From NCBI RefSeq assembly GCF_006345805.1, contig NC_042998.1, forward strand, positions 55,180,001 through 55,244,000: 64,000 nucleotides of DNA. The letters are read 5' to 3'. The translations under genes and the position numbers were made by a program. This DNA comes from Octopus sinensis (lineage: Eukaryota). Of this stretch, positions 23,920 to 35,359 are shown piece after piece; positions within the stretch are counted from its first letter, which is position 1, and each line of letters opens with the position of its first letter. The notes under the pieces are model-generated. The model was not told where the DNA came from, did no database searches, and saw nothing but the letters and a program-made list of their open reading frames with translations.

Positions 23920-25460
23920 AGTAGTTTTATTTTTATAGCGTGCTTTCACTTCATAACCGAGCGCAGCTCTGTGTGCCTTGGGTATGTGCTGTGATTTGTT
24001 GTGATGCTCTGATGGTTATTGTATGGAAAGTGTTCTGCGTAGGATGTGTGCAGTGCCTAGTAGTGCAATTTTCTGTATGTTATATGTGTTTGTAAGTCCT
24101 GGTGTTTTTGTTATGTATTTGTCTGAATATTTTTTTATCATGCCTAATGCACCTACTATGATAGGAATTGTTTCTGTTTTCAGGTTCCACATTCTAGTTA
24201 CCTCTATTTCCAGGTCTTTGTATTTTGAGAGTTTCTCCATTTCTTTTAGAGACACGTTGTCATCTGCCGGTATTGATACATCAATTAGAAAGCATTTTTT
24301 TTCTTCATGATCTCTGACAACTATATCTGGTCTGTTGGCCTTAATTTCTCTATCTGTGTGTATCGGCATATCCCAGAGTATGGTTGCTTTCTCGTTTTCT
24401 GTGACCTTTTCTGGTGTGTGCCTATACCATCTTTTTTCTGTTGTTATTCCATAATGTTGGCATAGCTTCCAATGTATGTAGGTTCCAACTCTGTCATGTC
24501 TGTGAATATATTCCTTCTTAGCCAGGACTGGGCAGCTAGAGATAATGTGATTTATTGTTTCTTGTCCATCTCCACATATTCTGCAGTTACTTGTAATATT
24601 TCTTTTCATTACATGTTTTTGGTAATTTCTGGTGGGGAGGCTTTGGTCTTGTGCTGCAATTAAAAATCCCTCTGTTTCTGCTTTGAGTCCTGAGCTTCTC
24701 AACCATTGCTGGGATTTTTCTTTGTCTATTTCTTTTGCGTTTAGTTTAGTGCAGTATTTACCATGAAGGGGTTTTTCTTGCCATCGTTTTATCATGGCTC
24801 GTTGCTGTTCTATTTTTAGTTTGGATTTCATTTGTTTTATAGCTTTTGTTGTTTTTCTTCATCATCTTCTTCTTCTTCTTTGTGTTTATTAGGTGGTATG
24901 ATTTCTTGTTTGTATTTGTCAGCTTCCTTAAATACTGAGAACAGTTTTTTGTTTTGCTCGTGTTTGCTGCTATCTGGATCAGTTTTCCTTCCTTCTGAAG
25001 TAGGTATTTTTGCAGTCCTATGGTGGTTATTTTATAGTAATTTTCCAGCTGTATAAGGCCTCTACCACCTTCTATACGTTGTATATATAGTCTTTCTATG
25101 TCAGATTTGGGTGATGCATCCTAGATCCTGTCAGTATTTTTCTTGTTTTCCTATCTATTTTGGACAGTTCATTTCGTGTCCAGTTAAGGATATTGTAGCT
25201 GTAACTTATAACTGGGACAGCTAAAGTGTTGATACCTATTATCTTGTTTTTAGCATTGAGCTCTGTTTTTAGTATTGATCTAACTCGTCTATAATATTCT
25301 TTTTTTATTTTCTCTTTCATTTGTGTGTGTTGTGTCTTATCTAGTTCATGGATTCCTAAGTATTTGTAAGTTTGGCTTTGGTCTAATTCTTTTATTTCAT
25401 TGGTTTTATCTAGTGTGATGTTGTTACTCTTAACTAGTTTTCCTCTTTTCATGGTTACTT
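23920..25460 (-). mobile_element. Dong/R4-clade LINE copy 1 (5'-truncated, relatively young)
   Basis: ORFs 25096..25452 and 24016..24831 join through one frameshift: late RT (TYKYLG..), CRIC..ETINHIISSC zinc finger, RHD, and REL endonuclease ILWDMPIHTD..ANRPDIVV..FLIDVSIP..EKLSKYKDL; short 3' UTR then (GAA)n. Confidence 0.92.
24016..24831 (-). CDS. C-terminal fragment of Dong/R4 LINE protein (CCHC finger and restriction-like endonuclease)
   Basis: 271-aa open frame with CRICGDGQETINHIISSC, HRHDRVG, RPDIV and PD-(D/E)xK-type motifs. Confidence 0.85.
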   Translation of the reverse strand: MKSKLKIEQQRAMIKRWQEKPLHGKYCTKLNAKEIDKEKSQQWLRSSGLKAETEGFLIAAQDQSLPTRNYQKHVMKRNITSNCRICGDGQETINHIISSCPVLAKKEYIHRHDRVGTYIHWKLCQHYGITTEKRWYRHTPEKVTENEKATILWDMPIHTDREIKANRPDIVVRDHEEKKCFLIDVSIPADDNVSLKEMEKLSKYKDLEIEVTRMWNLKTETIPIIVGALGMIKKYSDKYITKTPGLTNTYNIQKIALLGTAHILRRTLSIQ

Positions 25461-25490
25461 TTATTATTATTATTATTATTATGGTTACTC

Positions 25491-25549
<59 letters not shown>
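25460..25549. repeat. (TTA)n tract between Dong copies 1 and 2
   Basis: Seen directly; includes a second atggttact copy of the element's 5' junction. Confidence 0.95.
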
Positions 25550-27720
25550 GCCTTTGCCCAGCTTCTAACGCTGGAGATGTACTACAGTGTCAGCTGTTCA
25601 CTACCGGTGAACTAAGGTAACACCTCTTATTTTTAGAGCACCTTCCGGGGTATTCGAGCGGTTCCAAGCAATGCTGTTTTCTGCAAGTGCTCCACCCTTA
25701 TTGCAGTCTTTATTTGTTCCGCGTACTTCTCGAGATTTTTGCTCACTGTTCCCAGGGCTCCGACAATTATTGGTACTACTGCTGCCTTTTTCATCGACCA
25801 CAACTGCTTAAGTTCTCAAGCTAACCTGTCATATCACTCGACGTTTCTTTCTTCCTTATCGCATACCTTGTTGTCAGCTGGGCATGCTATATCTATGATC
25901 CAGCATAGTTTGTTTTCTTTCTCAATTAAGACTATGTCCGGCTTCATATTCTCTATCTCATGGTCACACCGAATCATAAAATTCCATAGGATCTTTGCAT
26001 TTCTATTTTCGACGATACCTTCAGGTTTGTGGTCTTACCAATTTTTTCTCTGTCAAGTCTATACTTATTGCAAAGTGTCCAATGGACAAGCCTGGCTATA
26101 TTGTCGTGGCGTCTCTTATATTCCTTCTGGGTAAGTGGCGTACATTGGCTGGTAATATGCCATACGGTTTCACCGTTTTGTCCAGAGATTCTGCACTTAT
26201 CACTTTAGGCTGTGTTGTCTATTCTGTATTTTGTGTAGTTTGTTCTTAGTGCTTGCTTTTGGGCAGTACAGATTAGAGCCTCCGTTTCCGATTTTAAATC
26301 ACTTTTAGCCATCCACAGCTATCTTTTTTCTCTATCTGTCTTCTCTTCAACATCCCTATGAAATTGACCATGCATTCTTTTCTTTACCCGCCTATTTTCA
26401 GTTTCACTCGTTTTCAATTTCTTGTATAGTGCTTTATCTTTGAAATCTTTCATCCTACACAAGCCTGACCTTCTTACTAGCGATTTTGTGGCATTTTTTT
26501 ACATACCATGCTATGTCGTTTTCTTCTGCTTTAATGCTGTGTTCGCATCCAATAAGTCCTCTTCCTCCTCTGTTTTCTTGGTACATACAGTCTGTCTGTG
26601 TCACTTTTTGGGTGGAGTGACCCATATCTAGTTAGCAACTTTCTTGTCTTTCTGTCTAAGCTGTTTAGTTCGTCTACTGTCCATGTGATTACTCCTGCTC
26701 CATATCTAAGGAGTGAAACCGCCCAGGTGTTGATAGCTTCGATCTTATTCCGTCCATTTAATTTCGACTTAGGGATCAGTCTCAGTCTGCGCAAGTACCC
26801 CACCTCAAGTTTCTCTGTCATTTCTTTCTCCATCGATTTATCCATTTCCAAAATCCTCAAGTACTTATAGCCCGTCTCGTCTATCTGCTTCATAACCTCC
26901 TACGACGATATCGTTAGCCTGTCCATACATTTGATTTTGCCTCTCTTCAAGACTAACACACTACACTTTCTCAGTCCGAATGCCATTCTGATATCAGCAC
27001 TGAAGGTATACACCGTATCAACGAGGGAACTCACTTGGGCTTCATCTTTACCATAAAGTTTGAGGTCATCCATGAATAACAAATGGTTGACTTTTTGTTG
27101 GCGGCTTTTAAATACATACCCAGCTTTTGCTTTCTTCAGAATCAGTGTTAGTGGTATCAAGCACAGTACAAGGATCAGTGGGGACAGGCAGTCCCCTTGG
27201 AAGATGCCCCTTCTAATTTCTATTATCCCTAAACTTCTTCCGTATGCTGTCAGGTCCGTCCTCCGATTCGCCATACTTTTTCCAAGCAATCGCTCAACAT
27301 TCGATGCAATACCAAATAGTTTCATACACTCCATAATCCAAGAATGTGGGATCATATCGTACACCTTTACGATAGTCCATCCATGACATGGCTGAGTTAC
27401 TTTTCCTCCTCTTCCAGTCTCTAAGTACAGTTTTATCTATCAGGAGTTGATCCTTGGTACCTCAGGATTTACACTTGCAACCCTTCTACTCATGTGGCAG
27501 GACTTCATCTTTTTCCCAGATGTTTGTATATTAACTCTGCGAGTATTCCAGTCAATTACTTCCATATGAATGGCAAACAGGATATCGGCCTGTAATTGTC
27601 TACCGTATTGCCGTTTTCGATATTTTTCAGGCACAGCACTGTCCTACCCTATGTAAACCACTGTGGTGTTACTTGGTCGGCATTTAACAAGGTGTTGAGT
27701 TGCGCAGCTATTCGCGCATG
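25550..27720 (-). mobile_element. Dong/R4-clade LINE copy 2 (different subfamily, decayed)
   Basis: RT: NYRPISCL.., YDMIPHSWI, GIFQGDCLSPL, HLLFMDDLKLYG, YKYL; then HGQF, RHDNIA, KPDIVL..IDIACPAD; several stops; 3' end abuts (AAT)n. Confidence 0.92.
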
Positions 27721-27894
27721 ATATTGATTATTTTATTTTTCCTTCTTTCTTCAAATTTTCTTCCATTTCTCGCCAGGTGTTTTCCGTACACCTAGGGCAG
27801 AGAAGCTCATTGTATGCTTTCCTAGATTACACACGCAAATTCACAGGTAAAATATGTATTAAAAAATAAATAAATAAATAAATAAATTCATGAA

Positions 27895-28279
27895 TGGATG
27901 TTGTTTTCACAGTGATAATGCTCTTCTCAATACATGAGTCGTTCCAGTTAACACGATTGTTTGCACTTCTTGTAGGGATGGTAAGCCTGGTATTATTTTC
28001 AAATAGGTTTCAGTACCTTTTTTTTTTTATCATTCCTAGAGATCCTACAATCACTGGTACAGTAGTCGCCTTGAGATGCCACATTTTTTCAATTTCTATT
28101 AGCAAGTCTTTATAATTATTGATCTTGTCAAATTCTTTCGCCGCTATATTGTGATCGCGAGGAATACTCATGTCAATTAATAAACACCCCTTTTTTGTCT
28201 GATCTTTTGTAATAATATCCGGTTTATTAGCTTTTATAGTTTTGTCGGTTTGTACGGGGAAGTCCCAGAGAATCGACAC

Positions 28280-28282
<3 letters not shown>
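27895..28282 (-). mobile_element. Dong/R4-clade LINE copy 3, REL endonuclease end
   Basis: ILWDFPVQTDKTIKANKPDII..LLIDMSIP..YKDLLIEIEKMWHL..PVIVGSLGMI. Confidence 0.88.
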
Positions 28283-28321
<39 letters not shown>

Positions 28322-28396
28322 TATTATTATTATTACTATTATTATTATTATTACTATTATTATTATTGTTGTTGTGTTGTTGTTGTTGTTGAGTGA
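28283..28396. repeat. (TTA)n/(TTG)n tract plus gagtga replacing the zinc-finger segment of Dong copy 3
   Basis: Lies exactly between ..EMGLHSQF and NVSILWDF in the translated minus strand. Confidence 0.8.
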
Positions 28397-29480
28397 GAAT
28401 TGACTATGCAATCCCATTTCTTTCCATTTTCTCGTTCTATTATTTTTTCTTTTTCTTTGAGTTGAATTCACCAACTGTTTCAGACCGTTTTTGAGTTTCT
28501 GGTTGCCGATAGTAATTTTTCTTTGCTCTACACAACAATTTTTCAGACCCATTATAGTAGCATTAACAGCGTCTTCTGCGTTTAGTAAACTTCTACCAAG
28601 TTCCTTTCTTCGTAGGTAGAGTCTGTCGGTACTACTTTCAGAGTGGAGCGCCCCGTGTATAGTGAGCTTTCTAATACTTCTTTAGAAGTTCTGTAGCTTG
28701 GACATTGCCCGTCATTTCAGAAAGGGAGCAGAGTATCTCAATATTAGCATAACCCCTGTATTTAGATCTTTAATGATACTCCCTTTATTTAATTTCGTTT
28801 CGAGCACCGTCCTAATTCTCCTCTTGTATTCTCTAATGATTTTCTGTCTCATTTCTCTTTCCGTTATCCGATCGTCTTGCAACACACCTAGGTATTTGTA
28901 TTCCTCTTTATTCCACAGTGATCTAATGATGTTGTCTTGCAGTAATTTTACACCTATAGTCTTTATCTTCTAGCATCTCTTCATAATTAGCACTACACAC
29001 TTATATATCCCAAACTGCATTCCTGTACTGAATACTTGAATACTCTCACTGTTTGGATTAAAGAATCTAGGTCTTTCTTACTTGTGTATATATCATGAGA
29101 TTATCCGTACAAAGTAGGTGATTTATTTCCATCTTCGTTTTGGTAAACTTTTAGGTAGGAGTTTCTCAGTATACTTGTCAGAGTGATTAACGCAATAACA
29201 AAGAGCAAAGGAGAAAACGAGTCCCTCTGGAAAATGCCCCTGTGTATCCTCCCGTTAGCAAGTGGTTCATCTGTACGTGTGTTCGTCGTCTCACACTCTC
29301 ATTGCTTTTTCCAAAAAGTTGTTTATTTTCTCACTGACTCCGAGAGTCCTAAGACACTTTAAAAGCCTGCTGCGTGGGACATTGTCGTAGCCTTTCTGTA
29401 ATCTATCCATCCAACCACTAAATTCTCCTTTACTTACTCGTACCTCATACTATCTATATATAACAGATCAGCAGTTTCCC
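28397..29480 (-). mobile_element. Dong/R4-clade LINE copy 3, RT portion (heavily decayed)
   Basis: DYRKAYDNVP.., EEYKYLGVLQ.., STDRLYLRRKELGRSL.., ends at KEMGLHSQF. Confidence 0.8.
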
Positions 29481-29579
29481 CTCATTTCTTTCATCATCAT
29501 CATCATCCTCAACATCATCATCATCATCATCATCATCATCATTACCATCATCATCACCACCATCATCATTATTATTATA

Positions 29580-29955
29580 AGTATGCCGGGTGAAATGCTT
29601 AGCGGTATTTCGTCTGCCGCTACGTTCTGAGTTCAAATTCCGCCGAGGTAGACTTTGCCTTTCATCCTTTCGGGGTCGATTAAATAAGTACCAGTTACGC
29701 ACTGGGGTCGATATAATCGACTTAATCCGTTTGTCTGTCCTTGTTTGTCCTCTCTGCGTTTAGCCCCTTGTGGGTAGTAAAGGAATAGGTATTCGTCTGC
29801 CGCTACGTTCTGAGCTCAAATTCCGCTTTGCGTTTCAGCCTTTCGAGGTCGATAAGTTAGGCACCAGTTGAGCACTGGGGTTGATGTCATTGACTATCCC
29901 CATTCCCACAAAATCCAGGCCTTGTGCCTATAGTAGAACGGATTGTTATTATTAT
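29580..29955 (+). mobile_element. SINE family A dimer (tail-1 monomer plus 5'-truncated tail-2 monomer)
   Basis: First unit ends gccccttgtgggtagtaaaggaatag; second begins gtattcgtctgccgctacg and ends ccttgtgcctatagtagaacggattgttatt. Confidence 0.85.
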
Positions 29956-31019
29956 GAGCTTTTCTTTCAATTTTGTTTCCATTTCTTGCTGAATGTCTTC
30001 TCGACACCCTAGGACAAAGAAATTCACTGTATACATTGATAGGCTATTAAAATAAGCACACCCGATTGTTCATTTACAAAGTCAAGTTATGCGAAAAAAA
30101 AAAAAAGAAAAAAGGGAAAAGTTATTATTATTAACTTTTTTTATCTGATTCTGGTTACATTGATGTATATGTACTTTGATGGAGCCCGATTTAGGAGTCA
30201 AGGAGACAGCGCTCCAATCTAATTCGAGATTTGAATGATTGTGGGTCACTTGATCTGATGGTATAAAAACAGAGTCGAGGTCGGAAAATATCACCTGTAC
30301 TCGAAACTGGTTCTTCTGAAATGCCATTCTTCTGAACATATAATAATCCCTAAGGGCTAATGAGCATGGAAATAGAATTATTGAACTGATTTTGGTATTC
30401 TCTGTGAATTAAGTTCGGTCACAGGCATTCCTTGGTCTCCTTCGTCGTAAGCAATGCAATGAACCAGTAATTGGCTCGTTGAAATCCTGTAAACTAACCA
30501 TTCTGTTGATATAAAATAAACAACTAAACAACAATGAAAATAAAATAGTTCAAATAAAATCAACTGTTTTGTCTGATTGTGGTTTTCACGAATATAAATA
30601 CCTCATTTATTTTCATTAGAATATCGTTTTCGTTTTCTTTATTTTTTCTTCTTTTAGTTAGTGGGAAAGTGATCGTGATCTTTGATTGAAGTCTCTCCGA
30701 GTTTAATGAAGTTGATGCAGTCGCTATTCAGCTTGATTATAGGTGAGTTACTCGCAAAAAAAAAAAAAAATAAATAAAAACAATAAACACAAGCTAAGAC
30801 AGAATTATGCGTAATGAAATTGTGTGACAGGAATTTCTCGACTCCAAAGATGAGAATAGGAGAGAACCCATAGAAGGGAAATTTAGCTTTGATGTTTTCA
30901 TGCCGGATATAGACGAAAGGTTTGTTGGTATTAAAACCAGAAATCTTGCTCTTACCGATGTTTCATTTTCTGAGAAGCTGGAAGTGAGGATGGGAGGCCA
31001 TAGATGAAAAGAATCAGTG

Positions 31020-31900
31020 AGTCACCTCGTTGAATTGGAGTAAATAAAACAGATTCCACACTTAGTAAGTGTTGTTGTGAGTAAAAATGAATTTTGGGAG
31101 AAATTGTGTTGTGCAGCGAGAAGTTGGAAGCAAAACAGATTTTTTTTTAAATCAGTAACTGCTCGGGGAAATCTGAAATGGTGGAAGACACCCTCTTGGT
31201 AATGACCTTGAAGGAGTCTGTTTACTGCTGTTATAAACGAACTGTTTGGAAATCTTAGAGTTATGGGCTTTGTATCAGTGATATGGAGGGGCATACCCAA
31301 GAGAATAGTTTAGATAGGTAGGTGTGTTGTTACAAATGAAGCGGGGAAAAGCACATGTATTGTTAGTAGTAGTCACATTGGGCTGTGAAACCTTGACCGA
31401 TTGATGACTTCAACTACTAACGTATTCAAGGGTTGATTTGTACTGTGAATTAAGATTTTAAGTATATTACCTTGATTAAGGAGTGGTTAGAGCATCTGAT
31501 GAGTAGATAAAAAGTGATGGAGGTGTAATAACTGAGTTTGGAAGGGGGATACAAGTTCGGGATATTTCGAGAATTTGTGCGATAGAGACAGAGAAAGATG
31601 TGGATATTAACTAATGCATACAGTCCAGAATACTTAGCGGTTTCAACCTGGTGCCAATAACGTAATTTGTTGAATGAGTATGAGAGTCAAAACGGTTGCG
31701 TGTATTGCAGTCACAGAATACAAGAGATGTGAATTGAGGTGGCTGGGAACTGGGAAAATAATAGGGACAACAAATAAAGTTACATGTCCGAGGAAACGAG
31801 ACTGATATCCAGGTTGAGGCTATCTTAGCACTGACTTTATGATACAGAAAGTAGTGGATTATGCTCTGCAATGATGAGTTGATGATAGAAAATAAAATGA
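31020..31900 (-). pseudogene. Very decayed L2/CR1-like LINE ORF2 fragment (AP endonuclease end and linker)
   Basis: LVFCDCNTRN (cf. GDFN.HN), ..LYALVNI.., ITPP..SSD and ICFASNFS (cf. KAxxFAxxFS) appear in the expected order across frameshifts. Confidence 0.5.
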
Positions 31901-32721
31901 GTGGTTTGAGTTTTAGTAGGAGGTAGGCGTTAGGTGCCGGTGTCCGTGGATGTTGGTATTAGAGAGAGAATAAATATACCGTGGATAGATCCCTCTTGGT
32001 GTTTAACTGTTTCTATAATTTTATAATGGATTTTTTTTTCGGGTGAAGGCAGAGCGGGTTACTACTAATCAATGCTTTGATTCCCCCAAATATCCCATCT
32101 GGAAGTCATTTGTAGCCGGTAGAGGTTTCCAAAATCTGTACTGTGGAAAAGACAACACCGAAATACGTGTGACTTATTACTTTATTCACTGATGGGGGAT
32201 TCTGTTCTACGTAGGACCAGGTGCGGTCGCAATCAAGAAACTACACGAATGCTTGCGTCAGTGAGGTGTTTGCTAAATACTTTCAATTATCAGATAATGG
32301 TATCAAAATGGGAGACTCTCAGTAAAATTCCATGTTAAATCAGGCAATGGAGATAACCACGAAGTATATAACACTGAAAAACCAATAAAATTCGAAATTC
32401 GATAGAAATTTGATAAATACTTTTATACTTTTAACGCTGAGACTGACGTTTCTGTAAGATATATTTTATAAACTAATCATTAACTTTGTTTAAAAATAAA
32501 GTCAGAATTATGATTTCAGCAACAGATTTAGAAACATTTTAAACATTTTTCTCCTTTTAAATTATGGATGTCTATTTACGTTTGAAAGAATCTATAATTT
32601 AAAAGATATTTAACAGAGAACATTCCTCTAGAGTATCTTACATAAATGCTATGCATCACATTGCCTCATATATTTAAGCCAGTAGTTTCAATCTGAAAGT
32701 AGTATTAGATAAAATTGATGT

Positions 32722-32752
32722 GCGTGCGCGCGCGCGTGTGTGTGTTTGTGTG

Positions 32753-32787
<35 letters not shown>

Positions 32788-32789
32788 GT

Positions 32790-32830
<41 letters not shown>
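32722..32830. repeat. (TG)n microsatellite
   Basis: Seen directly. Confidence 0.95.
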
Positions 32831-32833
<3 letters not shown>

Positions 32834-33682
32834 GGTTATTTTGATACTTCTATTTCAAGAAAGAGATACTTTATAATCCTTATCAAAATTTCACGATTTC
32901 TTTTTCAGGACCGCGCAAATGATAATATACACACAAACCATACTTTCTTGACGTAAATCATCTAGAATCCTATGGTGATCCATATATTTCTATCTACTGA
33001 AACAAAACAAAACAAACAATTTTCTCTCTTTTAGCTCTATGGAAACGTTCACTGGCTCTCAACAGAATATAGCATATAGCTAAAATTTGACTTGATTAAA
33101 TCTGTTTAATATATATTACATAAGATAAAAATCAGTTGAATATATAAAATGGACAAGATATTTCTGGTTACATTAGCTTCGTGTTCAATGAAATCTTTAT
33201 AAGAAGTATTTTCTTGTTTTGTTATACTTCTAAAATATCGATTATATAATCATAATTGTTGGTGGTGTGTTCGAAATTGTTAAAAATGTTCCCTAATTTG
33301 GATACATGATAGGTTTCATATCTAACAACATCGCGAATCTTGTAAAGTGCCTGATTAGGAGAATTGTGTCTCCTTTGCTATGCATTATCATATTTTGCAT
33401 TATTTTGCAGTTAATTTATCAATGCCACTACCACGAAAATTCAATTCACTCGTAATGCACCGTTTTTACATATGTGTAAGGGCCCTTTAAAATTTTCTGT
33501 TTATCAAGTCTATTCTTAAAGTGGTTATGCGTTCGATATTACAAGGAAAATATGCAGAAAGAATCTCTAGGAATCCCTGTCAATATATGGATGTATGAAT
33601 ATATATATATATATATATGTGTGTATATACATATGCGTGTGTGTGTATGCATATATATACGTATATATATATATATATGTAT

Positions 33683-35359
33683 AACATTATTGGTGAATTG
33701 AAGAAATGGAGCTGAACGCAGATTGAACAGAAATCGTTTTATTTCATTCTACACGTGTTTCGAAAGGCACAAATTACCAAAATCCGATTGAATAATGGGA
33801 CCATATTGTGTCTTTCTCTTCAGGAAGAAAAAAGGAAATCCGTTGGAAAAACAAAACAGAACAGAGGCGGAGCAAAAAACAAATCGAACTGTGCTCCTAA
33901 GAGCCCATGCGAAACTGTTTATCAGTGTATGTTGAGAACCGGTGGCTGAAGAATTCAACGGGTCAGGCATCGGTCAATCATGTGGGTGAGGGTGTTATAG
34001 ATGTTCTTTGTGACCGAGAATAAGTTCTGACTATTTAAAGAATATTGGATGTTTTATAAGTGGCGAGAAAAAATCTACTTAGAGACGTGTGTGTGTGTAT
34101 ACTGTTCTATATATGTGTGTGTTGGCGTAGGGGTAGAAAACATTTTTTGTGTACGTGTGTGCGTTTGATCGTTCGGCTGTCAGTGGCTACTGCCGTGATA
34201 ACCGTTGGGTGGCAGAAAGAAAAAAATAAAAAAATTATATTATATATTATGTTTATGTGTGTGTGTGTTCATCTAAGCCTACCTGTCAAGGAAACCCCCG
34301 CTGTGAAAAAACCAAGCCCCGTTTGTCTTACAGGAGTAATTCCCTTGCAGTGGTCAATCGTAGATATCTTAAAGGCTATTTCAGAATTGTTACCAAGGGC
34401 TATGGGTGCCGGTTTATTTATAAACGCTATTTAAAGGCCAGATAAGTGTAACGCCGCCAATGGGGGCATCGAAAAGCCGACTGTAAGAGCCCGTTTACCA
34501 TCCGGCCTCTGGCAAACAAAATATGGAAGAGTTCGGAGACACAAAGGTTGCACTGTCTTCTGCCCCTATCAAATGGGAGGGCCACCGACAAAATTGACCA
34601 TTCCAGCCTATAGCTTAAGTTCGCATCCTTCAGTCGCCATATTAGCTTACTGAGTCCCGTGGTCTGGCGCTTGTTCACGTCCCGAAAAGTTGCGTAATGG
34701 TTGGAGACACGCAAAGACAATCTTGAGGATGATGCCCCTACATAAGTGAAGGCATCTGAGTCCGTGTAAACCTTGCATTGGTAGACGGCGTTTTTGATCT
34801 TGGAGTTCGCCGACGTGAATCTTAATCTGCTAGGATTGGTTTCTGAAATTAGAACTGCGTTCCTGTGTCACTATATTCGTTCCGAGACCTGCAGCCGCTT
34901 ACTACTCTATTTTCCACTACGTCACTTTTAACTATAGGAATAACCCCTGATTCTCCACTATCTATCAGAGTGCTGTCATTGCTACTGCCCGTGGTACTGC
35001 TATTGCGGGAAATGATGCTGGGGATGCTAATGGGGCTCTCTACCCTACTCCCATTGTTACCGTCAACCACAACACCCCTATTTATAACTATACCCCTAGT
35101 GGGTACTCCCTGGCTGGAGCTGAGATTATGTGTCACTACTGGCTCTTATATCATTATTACTACTATAATTATTCCTACTGAGCATTAAACCGGGAGCGGA
35201 AGAGGCTGTGCCTCCGGAAAAAGGTGATAGGGTCTTAGTAAGTAGCCTATTATTATGGGAGGCGATTATCTGGTCGAGGTTTTTAGTGTTGGAGAAAGCT
35301 ATCCTAACTTTATGTGAGTTAACCGTGGAGTAATATTTGGAATTTCTGGGGAAGTTATT
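33683..35359 (-). mobile_element. Penelope-like element, left arm of the palindrome
   Basis: NNFPRNSKYYSTVNSHKVRIAFSNTKNLDQIIASHN linker; GIY-YIG NAVYQCKV..TYVGASS..NHYATF..TGLSKLIWRLK..EWSIL..CNLCVSE..CPH; ~740-nt 3' region with a hammerhead. Confidence 0.9.
33742..33830 (-). ncRNA. Type I hammerhead ribozyme (PLE-associated), extended stem II
   Basis: tttcttc-CTGAAGA-gaaagacacaa..(loop)..ttgtgcctttc-GAAAC-acgt-GTA|gaatgaaa: intact CUGANGA/GAAA core, GUA triplet, palindromic ACACGTGT stem III, 7-bp stem I with one bulge. Confidence 0.8.

Noticed and set aside
30082-30563. Two short minus-strand ORFs in unique-looking DNA
   Set aside because: No identifiable domain; could be an old transposon fragment but unsupported.
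32216-32265. GPGAVAIKKLHECL after a candidate acceptor, resembling kinase subdomain II (VAIKKL)
   Set aside because: Only a 6-residue match; a stop follows within a few codons, there is no good donor and no other kinase motifs in the window.
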